The position numbers and the translations under genes are program-made. Positions 42,001-57,000 of a DNA stretch of 64,000 nt are shown piece by piece. The DNA lies in NCBI GenBank assembly GCA_043819345.1, contig JBDREX010000009.1, positions 39,911-103,910 on the forward strand, in the 5' to 3' direction. Under the pieces are notes generated by a model. It was not told the DNA's origin, did not search any database, and worked only from the letters and a program-made list of their open reading frames with translations. Each line of letters begins with the position of its first letter. Within the stretch, counting starts at the first letter, position 1. This stretch comes from Candidatus Omnitrophota bacterium. Its GTDB lineage: Bacteria; Omnitrophota; Gorgyraeia; Velamenicoccales; Velamenicoccaceae.

Positions 42001-45000
42001 AACACAATAAAACCTCAGCACTGATATGCCGTCTCTGTAAAAATTCTAATTGTGACCGATAAGATACCATGAGCTCTTCCAAGATATGTGCCACACATGC
42101 TTTTAGCAATTCCACATCATCTTGATTGTTCATATCAACACCTTTTCTCATTGCGATTTTCAACAGCTCTGAATCCGCATAAAAATGAGCAAACTGATGT
42201 ATATCGCTGATTTTTTCACCCGCCTGAACATAAAAGCTTATTAAGAAATCTTTATATGAATTATCTTTTTTTGACTTCTGTAACAAATAATCAAATACGC
42301 TCATATCAAAAACCGGCTGAGTCACCACATAGCTTGTGCCTGAATATATCTCCTGAGCAACCTCATAGCTTACGTGCACTAAAAATTCCGTTTCATCGGG
42401 ATAGGTAAAAACAGCACGTATGTTGTCCCGAGAAATCTCTTGAATAACCCGTAGATCTTTAAAAGCAGGATCATTACAATCTTTCAATTCAATAACAGCG
42501 TTATCCAAAAATTGATAAAAGGCGCCTGCGACAGTTTCCATCAACTTATTCTGTGTTGAAGCCCGGTATACTTTTATCACCCTTTTAGTTCCTATGCTTA
42601 TTAAAAAGACAAAAAGAATAATATCCAACCATATCACCCATTTACGAAAAGTCCGCTTTTCTGACGGCATTTTTTGCTCGGCCTCTTTTAAAGCTGTCTT
42701 CTTTCGCTGCCACGGATTTTTCAACAAAGGTGAAGCTGCCTGCTTTAATCTCTGTGTTTTCAAAACATCCACAAATACTTCAAATTGGTCCTCGCAGGCA
42801 ACAGGCAAATTAATAACACATACACGATGAGAACGCATGATAGAGACAAGCAAGGCTATAACATGGCCGAATCTCTGCTTCATGTTCGCCATCTTCACCT
42901 TTAGCTCTCGCTCCGGAATCGTGATGCCCTCTTTAACAAATTCCTGAAAATAACACGCTGTCTGAATAATACCATTGCCGATATCAATGTCCGTCAGGTC
43001 ATACGTTTTTCCCTTGCTGTTTTCAGCCGGAATCCTCAACTCTCCAAAAGTGATAGAACGCACAATAGCATCTATACTATTACCCCTACTGTCTGCCGAT
43101 ATATTTCTCTTTAAATATGCATAAAACTGCTCACTCTTAGCCGCCATATTTATCCAATCCTTATGTTCCATCAAAGTCAGAATCTCTCTGCCGCTTGAAA
43201 AAATCAGTCGCGCCAACCCTCTTAAGCTCGCCATATGTTTTTTCAGCGAAATTTCTTTTCTCTGATTTGGTTCCATATTAAAAACCTCTTCTTCATAGAA
43301 AGCATAATAGATTGTCCTCAAAAATATCAAGGCATCTCTTACGTCAGCACACATGTTTTCCGAACTATTTTTATTAGACAAAAGCCTGCTCAAAAATTCA
43401 TGCACGAGAAAACTTCCACATGGATGACCCGCGATATGGCTTTCCAAAAATGCGTACCTCATACTCGCAGCCTGCAACATATCAGACTTAAATAGTTGCA
43501 GGACAGCTCTCTTAACGTCATCCTCGCTTAATCTTAACGCCTCATATATCCCATTTAAAACGGCTAAATTTTGCGCATATAACAAATCATAAACCCTCAA
43601 ACGCAATTGGCCTCCGTCACATCCAAACACATAATTCATATAGCGGCTGGAAAGCAATGGCCGTAAAAAATTGTTCTTTATCTGCATCTTCAGAATCGTT
43701 TCCGGAGAAAAATGCGGATTTTTTTCATGAAACCAATAATGCTGTTTAATAAAAACCATCAAATCATGTGACATATCGACACTGATATCTGAAGTCTTGA
43801 GCACATCAAGCATCTTTTGTTCTATGAAAGAGTGGTTTTGGCTCTGGGTAAAATACTCATCCAACAAACAACCATCCAGGCATTTTAATGCCTTAAACAA
43901 GTTAATTAATCTCCGCGCCACGGCCTGGCTGCCTCTTACAGTAGAAGCAAATCGCAGTAAAAGTGCCGGGGTTAATGAATAACTGCTACCAGAAGAATAG
44001 TCACCATCATGGCAACCGGTAACACAGGAGGAGGAAATGATCTTTTCATCGGCCGCCCCATAAACGCTAGAAAAAACAGGCGTTGAAGCAACATCGAATA
44101 ACCTGCCACGGTAGGTTCGAATGCTACGACACAGGGCAGCCGATGAAGAAGCTATATTATCCAAGAAAGAATCTCTGTCATTAATACCCTTCTTTTCACA
44201 AACAAAACTCTTGCCTATCGCAAAAGAGCCTTCCTTGATCTCTTTTTCGCGATTAGCATCAATAATCGTATGATCCTCCCTTACATCAAGATAATTCCAA
44301 AAAATTATATCTATACAAAGGCCGGCGAAAAACGAAAAACAAAACCATATTTTAGCGACGCAAAAAAACATTTTAAAGAATTCAAAACCTAAAAAGATCT
44401 TCACAATAGGCAGGATATATACCGCAAACGTCATACCAACTGAAAAGACTAGAAATGGGGCCAACAACAAAGAAGCCACACAAATGTTAGGATTATGAAA
44501 AAGATTAATAAACCATCCATCCCTTATTAACTGATTCAATGAGAATAATTCCGGTGTATATATTTCTTCATACCACTTAAGCCCCCAACGAACGCCTTTA
44601 GCCTGTTCCATTGGTTTTTTAACCGCGTGATAACCAAATTTTTCATCATACCTCATACGAGACGATTGTTTTTCAAGAGGGATACCACATGTATAGGTAA
44701 GAAAAAGATCCTTTCTGTCCCGTAATAAAATTTCTCGTGTCCACCCCAAAAGATCCTCTTGTGTCACTTTTCTATCCTGCGCACACCACCAACTCCAACC
44801 ACCATGGCCGACGACCGCAATATTACGCACGCCAACATCCTGCAATTTTTCTTTCAACTGATCACTTGTTGCCCCATTTATTATGTCTAACCGATATCCT
44901 TTTAACCACCAAATCGCCCGCATAATTGTATAAAACTCCATCTCCCAAATTTCCCCGATAAGGCTTTCATCATTAGTCATCAAAACAGTTAAAACATTTT

Positions 45001-48000
45001 TTCGGGCAAATAAACTTTTTAAGAACTTCTTAAGAAAAACACCTATGGTACTCGAGGCACCACAATGGCTCTCTTCCGGCGGATTCGTATACAACGGTTC
45101 AGACGGCCAACGCGCAATCTCTGCCTGTAGTTTTTTATCCAACTTTTCAAAAAAGACTTTCCAGCGCCGAGGAGCTGTTAAGTAGATCTCGTTATATTTT
45201 TCCCAATCCACCTTTTGAAAATAGCCGTCATAAATCTCATTCAATACTCTTACTTTTTCTTCATCCTTAAGCTTCATAAAAGAATCATAGGCCTTGTCTT
45301 TACCATATTTTTTAATAATGCCGCGATTCGCCCATTCAAAAAGGCTCGGTTCAACAAACTCAAAATAATGACCCATATTACACATCAGTAATTCATCATT
45401 ATGTTTGTTTACCATATTTCGCACAATCGGCCTTGCGATAAAAAACAAAGTCCCACATAGAATGACAATAGTAATCATGATTTTAACCAAAGAATTTCCA
45501 CGGCAAGGCCTCAATGACTTAATAAGCTGATGTCTTGATAAGGAGGAGGAAGCCAAGAAGGCGGCCGCCCCGGAAGCATCAAAGAATAATGATGCCAAAA
45601 GACTGATATCGAATAACCTGCCACGGTAGGTTCGATAAGCCTTCAGAGCCGCCGCCTTGTAAGGATTTTTGATATAATTGATTAAATGATTACTAAAAAG
45701 GTGAGAGAAACAAACAAAAAAACCTACTGGAATCATTTTTACAACAGCCTGGCTTCGTGCCAAACCAAAAAAACCAATCAACTGTGCTATATAAATATTT
45801 GTATTCAAAAATAGAAAGGCGTTGAGAACAGAAGATGCGGCCAGATACTTTTTCAAAGCAATAATCTCCGGAAGCGCAATAATACCCTGCCTATCAACCA
45901 TTCTAGATAAGGGCCTATACGCAATACTCTTTAAACTATGTATAACCTCTATCATCTGCCTACGGGCATGGCCGATAGCCCTCCTTAAATCCCCCACTCT
46001 CTCCTCACTCAAAGGCTGCGAACTCAAATGAAACTCGTCAATCTCTAGTACAATATTGAGGATGTTATTCATATAATTTGCTATGGTTGACAAACAAATC
46101 CCATAAATGGCCAATTGGGGTTTAGCACCTGTTAATCTGACAGTTAGACTTTGCTTCAAGGCATCCAAAGCCAATCTCATCTCGTCCATCTCCCCCATAT
46201 TAATTGTGCCCGAAGAAAAATACTCATCAAGGAAAAATGCATATTGGCTCAAAAGATGTAAAAATGCATTGATGCGAAAATCCCTGTTCCCAAAATATCT
46301 GATAATATAATAAGCGGCCTCGTCTTTTTCATTCTGTGTTAACTCATGGTCCTCACTCTGCCGGCTCTCTGAAGACTCAACCATTTGCTCATCCGGCACA
46401 TTCCTAGCTCCTGTGTTAACCCCCTGTATGTCCCTAGTTTCAGCCACCAACATCTTGCCCTGGCATTCAAATACCTGAAGTTTCTCAATAGCTTCCAGGA
46501 CAATTTCGGAAAGATCAAAAGAATCAATCAGACTCCCACCCACCCTAACTTCAACAGCACTTCCTTTGATTGAAATTCCTTTTAAGAAGAATATGATTTC
46601 AGTACAACTTTTTTCTATATCTTCAATAACTGTGTCCGAACCTGATTTTAAACTCGTTATATATAAAAATAAAACTTCAATCCTCTCAGACAAACGATAC
46701 CCTTTTAATGCCCTGCGCCCTGCCCCTTTTATAACGAGAGCATAAGGATCATTGGATATATTAAGCTCAGCTATAAAATCTTCCACATGCTGCTGCATCT
46801 CCCTAACAAGGCTTTGAGAATATGTTTGAGACAATACCTTTATGCTTGCAGAAATATAAACTATGAGCTGTTCAAGCTCAGTCGCTGTGGAACTAGCGAC
46901 AAATTTCCACTCTTTTTTTTCGGCTGCTCTCAAGAAAGCGCTTTCCCGATAATTAATAAAAAACAAATCAGATGGAATAAAACCTTTTTGCGCAGAAGAC
47001 GAGAAGGCTTCAATCAATCCCTGACGATAGTTGCTTTCCCTAACACAACCTTGGTGAATCGTTTCACCTAAAACCCATTTTCTGGCAAGATAAAAAGCAC
47101 CATAAAACTTTTCTGCTTTCACGGTATCTCTTTTTTTATAAAGGTTCTGCAACTTAGTATAGAACTCACTCAACTCTATACTCGTATCTGCAGAAAAAAT
47201 AATTTCAGCAATTTTGCTTTTAGCATAAACTGTTTTGACACCGACAACCGCGTCAATAAACCCTTCATCCTCATTGCAAAATAATGCAAGAGAATTACAA
47301 AGACCCCTTTGCTCGCATAAAAAATTAAGATACACGCTCAAAGGATTATGAGTTGTCGCTTCACAAAGAACATGGTGGATTGCCTGGCCGTGTCCAAAAA
47401 GAATTGGGCCCTCATATAATTCCATGGCCTCTATCTGAACGTTTGAGTAATCACCTATTCTCAATTCATGCAAATTATTTGTTTCAACCAACACAACTTT
47501 TTCATAAGGCGTAAAAGAAACAATGCCGTCATAAAAATCATCGGAACCAAGGTTATAGTGGCCACCAGCCGGTAACGTCTCAATCCACATATGCTCATCC
47601 GATGAGATGAACTTAACAATCTGATGTAATTTCGTTATCCAGGGCGTAGATGTATGAATAAACCTGTTCCATCTGGCCAAGAAGTTTTCATGATGCGAGG
47701 GACTACTGGCATCAGGCCAATCACAAGAAGTAGAAGCATGTCTTTTCCCAGAGGAACGAATCCTGCGTTTCGCATAGTCAAAATCTATAACCTGTGCAGA
47801 TTGTCCCGTGAGCCCATATCTTTTAAAGGCTATATATAAAAAGCCTGCTACCATAACAGGTACATTCACGGTTAGCATCCCATGAAGGAATAAACCAACT
47901 CCTACCCAGAAATAATGCCGCGTCATTTTCAAAATTTGATTCTTGGAAATCACTAAACCCGGATAAATAGAACACATGATATAAGAAAAGAGTGTCATTA

Positions 48001-51000
48001 ACATTATTAAAAAGATACCTTCCATTATCGTGCGATAGCAAATAAACAATCCCGTTTCCGTAATACGAGAAATAGGCTCTATAAACATCTTGTCTAGACA
48101 AATTCCATACATAACCCCTTTAAGAAAAGAAGCTGCGTGAGCCAATCTCAAACGCAAAGAAGGTTGAAATTCTAAAACCTGCGCGCATGCATTAGCATGC
48201 TTAATAAGAGATGAAGACACCATGTTTTCCAAAGAAGGCAAGAGATGCATCTCCTGTGCCAAGCGCACGCTTGCCACCATCGCCAGAAAATGCCTGTCTA
48301 AATCAAATGCCTTAGACATAAGATGAGCCCCGTAAGAGGAATGAAACTCCGGAGCATCAACATTGTAATCATGACAAACAAAACAGGAAATATGTTGAAA
48401 TGGAAAGACCAGGCTTAAGAGCTGAAACTGTTTATATCTGCGCAACCACAAACCATTATCCATGCCTTTGTGATGGCGCAATAACCCATGCCGATTAATG
48501 ATTTCCTTTGAACCAATATATCTCTCTAAAACACCTTCTTCCAGAAAGCTCCACTTATCCTCCAAAACACTATCCTGAATCCGTAAGACTTCTTCAAAAT
48601 AACTCCGTTGAGCGCCATAAAAAATAGAGACGATAAGCCTCATCCTCTTTAAAACATCTCCCTCTGATACACTATCCCATTGTTTTCGCGTACCTTCAGA
48701 CAAATAATCTCTTATAACTGCATTCGCGCTATCAAAAGATGGCCACATGAAACGACAGGAAAAAGAAAATCTCTCTCTCAAGACAACCTGAAAAACTCTC
48801 ATCATCATGATATATGAAATAAACTCCCTCTTGCGGCACAAATTTTCAACCGCCGCTATGATCTTATCGTCAATAAGATCATAGCGGGATAAAATTAAAT
48901 ATATTTGCCCTATTTTTCTGTCAATATGTTCACACAAACTCTCCAAAGAAGAATACCCTTGCTTAACACAGGATTGAATCTCATGAAATCCTTTTATGTC
49001 TTTTTGCTGAAACAAACAATCCAGCTCCCAAAAAATAGAAGAATATTCCCGCATACAACTTTCTTTTATCCCCGGAACTTTCTGATAATGACGGCTCAAC
49101 TCTCTTCTCAGCTTCAAGCATGATTTCTTCAAATACAACCCTTCCTCATAACGCCTGACAAAAAACCATGCCTTATCAATTAATTCTTTAGCTCCAGAGG
49201 CTAAAATCTGTGCCTCACCCAAATTCCTTTCATTTCTCTTGCAATAATCCCGCTGAAACTTCTTCATCTCTTCTACAAGCGCAATAATCTCTTCTGGAAA
49301 AATATCAAAACTGAAAAATAAGGCATCCTGTTGTCTCTGAACACGGCTATCTCTCGCTAAACTAAAACCCATGCGTTCCATATTTATCATAGCACGGCGC
49401 AAAGGTGTAATCCGAATTGATGAAACATCACGAACAATGCTGTCTATAATAGAAAAGGCATGTTTTTTAATATAGGTAATGATTAGATCCATCTGTTTAA
49501 AGGTATCATTGATTAAAAAAGGCAACTGCGGTTCACCTTCCATAGCGCTGGAAACGGTTTTATCCAATTTGGCAATAAGATTTTCCATTGTACGCGAAAT
49601 ATCACTCCGCATGAGATCCGGACGAGCACTATATATTAAAGATTGCACAGCCTCCCAATCGCGGTAGTAACAGTTTTTTAATACTTTATCGGCATCATAG
49701 TCATCAAAGCTTTCCAATAAGCGCCATATGGATTCAAACACGCCAAAACCAAATAACCTTTCTGTTTGATGAATATAAGGAATAAGCCTAGATTGCAACT
49801 GTGCAAACGACAAAGACGCACGCAAAGCAAGGCCCTGATCACCAAATAAATCCATAACACGCTGTTGCACCAAAAACGGATTTCTTAAATACATAAACTC
49901 CCGTTTCGCATTCCTTATTAAAAAGATATACTTTAAACGACGCTGTAAGGTCGTCATATCCTCATGTAAAACAATGCGCTCAAGCCCATATAGCGAATAA
50001 ACCAACCGCACCGGAACATCTCTTTTTCTAGAAAAAATATTCAGGAACTCCTGAGAAGAAACAGTCGCGTAAGAAAAAGTTAACTGTGTTTTTTGACTAG
50101 AAAATAAACATATCTCACCCTCATTCCACAGTCGCTCCACATCATGCGGAGCTGCCGGCAAAGTTTGGAGCATCTTTAAAGACATCTCCTTTACAGCAGA
50201 CGAAGAAACACTCTCCAGCAACTCAGCAAACTCATTCTGGAGGTCATCAATAGTTTTAATCTGATTTTGCTTCACACGTTCATCAGGAAACCACTGGCCT
50301 AACCCCTCCGTAATGATCTGCTGATTTCCATCAAGCTTTATATGTTCTCTCTCTAATGGATCCCATGGTTCAAGCTTATATTCATACCGTTTTCCTAATT
50401 GAATCTTCTGCCAATTTAAAACAAAAACCTGTTTTCCTTGTGCATATGCCTGCCTGGCTGTATCAACGGTCGCGCTATAACGAGCACACTCAGCAATAAC
50501 CAATATCCTTGATAATCCACTGATAATTCTGTCACGGGCAAAATGCCTTAAAAGACAACTCTTTCTATCATAGGCAAAATCATCATATTCAGATAAAAAA
50601 CAACCATCAAATTGTAAAATCCCCTGTTCAATAAATTTGCGTTCCGGATGGCACGTATTAGAAAATGCACCCTGAGGATCAGACGAAAAACCATCCCCTA
50701 AAACAGAAACAACCCTTCCCCGTTCATCCAAAGCGCCAATCTCAGAAGCCAACTCACTGCCAAAATCATGCCCTGTGACCAATGTCCAGCTATGCATTGC
50801 AGCTGTTTGTGCCAAAGCCTGAACAACACGAAATGTAGCCAAGGTGATGCGCGTCGCACCTGAAAAGTTAACCGTATGCAAATTCCGTAAAACACCCGCG
50901 TTACCTAAATAATAAAGCTCCTGCGGCAACTGAAAATCTTTTTTCCTATACTTTTGCTCATGCCTGGAAATCATCCTTTTAATCTCCTTGCACTTAAAGA

Positions 51001-54000
51001 AGCGCATGGTATCCAGATAATATTGATCAACATAATCCATCGTTTCCGCGACAGAAGGAAATTCTCTCAGTTTAATCTTTCCCATATTAATAGGTGAAGA
51101 CGCCTTGTCTAGCAGGGCTTTAAACGCAGCCTGCAAGCGAGGAATTGTTTCAATGATGGGCTGACGCGCTGTAAAAGCCGGAAACCACTCGGCCAAACCT
51201 TCGCGGACAATCTGAAGGCCACCGTCTTGCTTAATACTCTCTTTCTGTGTCGGGCTATAAATTTCAATACGACCTCCTATCTCCATTCCTAGGCGAACCC
51301 TCTCCCAATTCAAAGCAAACACTTTCTTGCCTTGCATATAAGCCTGGCGTACCGTATCAACTGTTGCGCTATTCTCAGCAGCTTCTACAATCATCAATAC
51401 TTTTGAAAAACCGCTCAACATTCTGTCACGATCAAGATGCCTTATAATCCGCTCATCTTTTGATAGCGCATCCTGCTTATACTCTGAAACAAAACAACCA
51501 CCAAATTGAAGTATCAATTCTTCAAAAAATCCCCGATCAGGAAGCAAGATTCTTGGCAAGACATGCTTATTTCGTATCTTCAGCGCATCACCCAATACAG
51601 CAATAATGCGCCCCTTCTGACTCAACGCCCCTAGCTCTGAAGCCAATTCACTACCCCAAACATGCCCTGTCACCAAGGTCCAATCATACGCGGCGGCCGC
51701 TTGAGCTAGAGCATAAATAATACGTGTTCCGGAACAAGACAAATTTGTCGTCCCTGAAAAATTTATAGTCTTAACAAAAGATAAAGCATTAGAATTACCG
51801 TAATAATAGATTTTTTCAGGTAACTGCACATCCTTAATTTCATAGGGCCGCCCGGAACGAAATTTTAACCGTTCATACCCTTTTTCTTCATATTCTTTGA
51901 TCAAAGACGGAAATTTTTCTTGCACATAACTGGCAACATCACGCAAATAACTAAAATTCCGTAAATTCATCCTACCCTTAGATACCGAAGAAGAAGCACC
52001 AGAAACACCGGGAGAAAATCTCACATGGCGAAAATCAGGCCCAAGACCGAGGAAAAATTCATTAAGTTTTTTAGCAGATGCCTTCAGATCAATCTTACCC
52101 TCTTCTATTAATTGCTTAATCATCTTATGAGATGTAGTTGGCTTCCACCACTGGTGGTTAAGAAAATCCAACGACTGATTCTTTTTTAAAGCTACAACAA
52201 TACGTATTTTCCAGTATTTAATATAATCAAAATACTCATTCAAGACGCGGCGTAAAAAATCATAATTATACTCCTGATTATACTGAAGTAAGCCCAAATC
52301 ATTGAGCACAACAATCCTTTCAGGTATCAATTCTAACTTTAACGATGCCTCTGTATAATACCGCTTGTAACCAAAAAGATTTTCTTCTCTTAACCAACCG
52401 GATGTGAGTTGGTTAAGCTTTTCCCAGGCATCAGGCGGCATATTATCCTTATAAAATACTAGGTCAATCAGTTCGCCTCGCATCTCAACATTCTCATGCT
52501 GATTCACCCTGCCTATCTGCTTACCCATACGTTTTAACACCGGTTGAGGAATACCCTGCTGTATAAAAAATGCGTATCCGTAAACCTGCTCATACTCCAA
52601 ATATCCTAAATCATTCAATTCTGCTATCTTATCAACATCAACAGCCAACCATAAAAAACCGCTGCCATAAATTCGCCCATAACCATAGGGATGTGTTTTT
52701 CCAGACCAAAAAGAAGTTTCCTCAACCAACCCTTTCCAAGCTTCAAGCGGCATATCCTGCTTATAAAAACGCAGGTCTAATAAAGCACGATGCGCACGAA
52801 CTTCTTCATACAGTTTTTTTACGGATTCCTGAATCGGCGGCTCCGGCCTTATTGAAACAAGTGCTTCTGTCTTCCCTCTAACAGGCTTCCATTGATCCTT
52901 TAAAAACAAATAAACATATATTTCCTGGTTTACCTCTTTAGGTAAACAAACTATATTCCCTGGCCTAATCTGTGGGATACCTTTTCTGTTCAAATGGATT
53001 TGAGGATTAACCGTTAAAATTTCTCTCCACCGTGATCCAAGATCATAGGAATGATCTTTCGCTGTTCTTGTATTTTGAAAAATATATTTTGACAGATTCC
53101 ATAAAGTATCTCCTGCCTCAATACGACAGGTAACCACTTGTTTATTGCTAGGTTCATAGGCATAACGCGACATGTCTGTGAAAGGGACAGCGGCTGAAAC
53201 AGAAGCAGGCAGATAAAGTAAAACAAAAAGAAGGATTGTAATAAAGAAAAACGCGATTCTCAAGCGCCCATTACAATTGTTTTGTTTTAAAACAAGAGAG
53301 CCTGATATGCTTGATGATACATCCTTATCATCGTTATTTTCAGATGAAAACATGGCCCTAGCCAGATGAGAAAATCCAACCATACAAAAAGCATGTAATA
53401 CAGCAGCCATCATGACAAAATAATTTCTATCAAGAACCCCATATAATAAAATACCAAAACTCATAAAATAATACGTCAGCGAATCTTCATACATATTTCT
53501 AAAAAAGCAGCTACACAAAGAGTTAAAACTCTTTGTGATAACATAGCTATAAATAAGAAAAACCGCTATTATAATTAGCCTATGTGTAGAGGATCCTTGT
53601 TTATAGATATTCTCAAAAATTTGAAAAGGATTATTTATAAAGTTATCTATTGTGCATCCAATCCCAAAACCGATAAAAGCAGATGTAAAATAACATGCCT
53701 CCTGGAAAACTATGTTAAAAAGAAAAGTAAGCTTTTTAAAAAGAGGCGAGCTCGCGCTCAATTCTTTCTGGCCTAATAGCTCTTTTGATATTTGTTCAAT
53801 CGCCTTAAAAATATCGCGTTCACGAACAAGAATACTTGCAAAGCGCCACAAATCACTTGAACCTGAATCAATACCACTTGCTTCTAAGGCAATACCGGCC
53901 AAATAATACCCAAAAACATAGGGCCCTTGAGCCACAAAAGTTTTGTCCCTATCAAAATATAATTTTTCCCCGTCCAATCCTTCTCCGATAAACAGATTTA

Positions 54001-57000
54001 TCTGAATTAAATATGAGCGATCTCCTGTATTAACAAACTCACGCACTATCTTCCTACCAAAAGACACATACTCTTCTTCTTCCGCGCTCAGATCTGAAAG
54101 TTCAATTTTTCGGATTGCTTCAACAAAAGTTGCGCATGGATTTTCCTTGCCCTCATAACCCAAAATGGGCTCAAGCACATGAAAAGCTTCGTGACAGGCA
54201 AGCGCCATATAGTCCTTATCAAAAAATTCTGCTCTTAAATAAACAGCTTTACCAGGAAATGTAACAGCCTGATATTTCGCATATTGCAAAGGCACCATAA
54301 AAAGAACAATGGCTGTTACAACACCTGCCGTAGCAGCAATAGAATTATCCCACACCGTTCCTTTCCGCCTCTCCAAAGTACAAATAAAGATAGCCCCTGA
54401 CAGAACAACAAATAGTCCGACACCTACAACAGTTTTACAAACAGTATGCATAAAAGAATACATTAACAAATGCCAACCATCCAAAGCAAAAACAGGGCAA
54501 CAAGAGACCTGAGAGAATTTTTCTATAGCGGAAAACTCCTTCGTCAATAAATATAACTCACGATAATAAAGACACAACTGGCGCTGTGACAACGGATGTC
54601 TCAGAAAATAAAAGACAGCGATGGGGATAGAAATAATAGCAACATAGATTAAAACTGGCGTGATATTTTTAAGCATTGATTTCAGAAATCTGCCTATAGG
54701 ACTTGAAGAAGGGAGTAATTCCAGCATTTCCGCCAACTTAACGCAAGCAACCATATACCTAAAACTTTCATCCAAGTCAAACCGGCCGGCCAGCTGTCTA
54801 GCCACAAACGCATAATCTAAATCAAAAGAATCCCAGCCATATCTTGTCTTAAAAAGATTATCGCGACTGAGAGATAAATCCGCCGGAAAAGCCAATTTTA
54901 AAAGCTTAACCTGTTGATATAACTTTACATAAGACAGTTCTGAAAAATGCCTGGCTTGCTCTAATTCTATATTTCTTTCTTTCTCAAGGCCCTCCAAAGC
55001 AAATACATACCCTGTCTTAACAATCCGAAAACACTGCAAAAGAACCTCATGAAAAATATCCATAAGCAGGTTGGCCTGTAAAACACGCTGATTCCCCGAA
55101 GACTTTTCAAAAATATCCTGCACATCAGATGACAACTGTAAACGGCCATGATCCGTCAAATACTCTTTAATAGTACGAGAAATATCCGCATAACTTGACA
55201 TTTCTTCAAAAGTATCAAAAAGCACAGCAAATCTGTTGATAACAACCTGAAACATTCTCATCCGCATCAATTCAATCAAAAGATCAATATCCCTGATTTT
55301 AGAAATCATATTGGTCTCAGTCAGGCAACCTCTCTCTCCATAATTAGATATTAAAACCATCACCTCCGAACGAATCAAAATAGCACGAGCCTTAAAGCGG
55401 ATTAAAAATTCCTCCTGTTGGGCCATGATGCGGACAAATCTTTCAAAAGGCATACGGCCATTAGTATTTTCTAATAGAGATAGCACTCTAAAGAAATGCC
55501 TCACGTATCCTCGCAAACCATTCACATAAGAAGCAACAGACAAAAGCTCCAACAGCTTAACCTCTTCATCTGATGTTATTGGCCGAGGAGCAAAACCTCT
55601 ATTTCTTGGATAACTCCTCATCAACTGATAAGCATAATCGATTAAAGCTACAACATCAGCATCTTCTGCTACTTGCCGTCTTTGTGCTATGCTGCGATTA
55701 AAGCCGCTAATCTTATAGGTCAAAGATCTGACTTTTTCAAGCGTTTCTTCAACCAGCGGCTGCTCAAACCCGGCAACAATCGATCTTGTTTCTTTTAAAG
55801 AATTAAAACCTGGTACTTCACCATTAATCTCAAATTTCAATACTTCACAAGCCTGTTCCAGCTCATGAGTCGCAATCATTAACTCTCGCATTAACTCTGA
55901 GCAAGAAGGCCTATTGCGAACAACTCTATTTTTCTCAATAACATAAAGAAGGTCTGCTTTTAACCTACCTGAGAAAACCATATCTAAAATAGGAAATACT
56001 TCACAGAGATTACGCCAATAGGCTTTTTGTAAACGCAGAGGGCTTGAAAATTCAGTCGCCCCCACCACACAAGACAACTCTTGCACGAAACAGCTTCCCT
56101 CAAACATATGTAAATATCCCTTAAGTCCTGAATCCAACTTTCTGGCTTCACTTACAGGAGAACTCAAAGGATCAATTTCATCTAAAAACAAAGGCAAATA
56201 TGGCCTTTGATCTTTATCAAAACGGCCGCGGTTTTTTTTCTTGGCGCCAACAACAGACCAGCGCCGCAGGCAAGGCAATGACGGAAACGCAGCATTTTCT
56301 ATAAGTTTCATCGCCTCTTCATCTGTAAACTCAACTGTTTCAGCCGTCTCTTTAACCGCGGGAGACAGCGTCTGTAATTCCACCTTAAATATTCCCCGCC
56401 CTAAATCATTAATACGAACATCAAACAATTCACCTCCAAGATCATTGATGATCTTCGCGCCTCTCCCCCTCACTCTGCCCGGAGTCGTGTTTGTTGATAA
56501 ACCAGGTGTGATCAAAATATTGGCAAGATCTTCCTTAGAACCTTCGAAATAACAAAGATTCGATGTTTTAATCAAAAGTTGCCTACCGAACAAAGAAATA
56601 TCCAGCACCACTTCATTCTTTGCTTCATTAAATAAGAATCCTCCCTCTGCAAGCCTTTCTTCTATCTTTCGTCTCTGCTCATCCGCATTCTTGATTCTAT
56701 TGACAAGAATCAAATAGATCTGCCCAGCAACGATAAAAGGAATCTTTATTTCTCCAACCTTATCGGCTGTCACATCCCGATACTCATAAATATAATCTTT
56801 GACTTTCCTAATAGATCCAACACCGACAAGATGAAGAATATGCCTCAGCTTAAAAGATCCCTGTAACATCGTCGTCTCAGGTTTGAATCGAACAATATAA
56901 TAATGCCGCAAAGACACAAACAGCCAATACATCAAAAACACTCTACCCGTCAAAGAAAGCTCTTTATCGCGATTATCAACAGTTTCAAGAAAATCTCGTT

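Noticed and set aside
43004-43027. Walker A-like pattern AENSKGKT (A-x4-G-K-T) as a P-loop NTPase
   Set aside because: It is an isolated pattern match. There is no preceding hydrophobic beta-strand and I could identify no Walker B or other NTPase block nearby, so it is likely coincidental.
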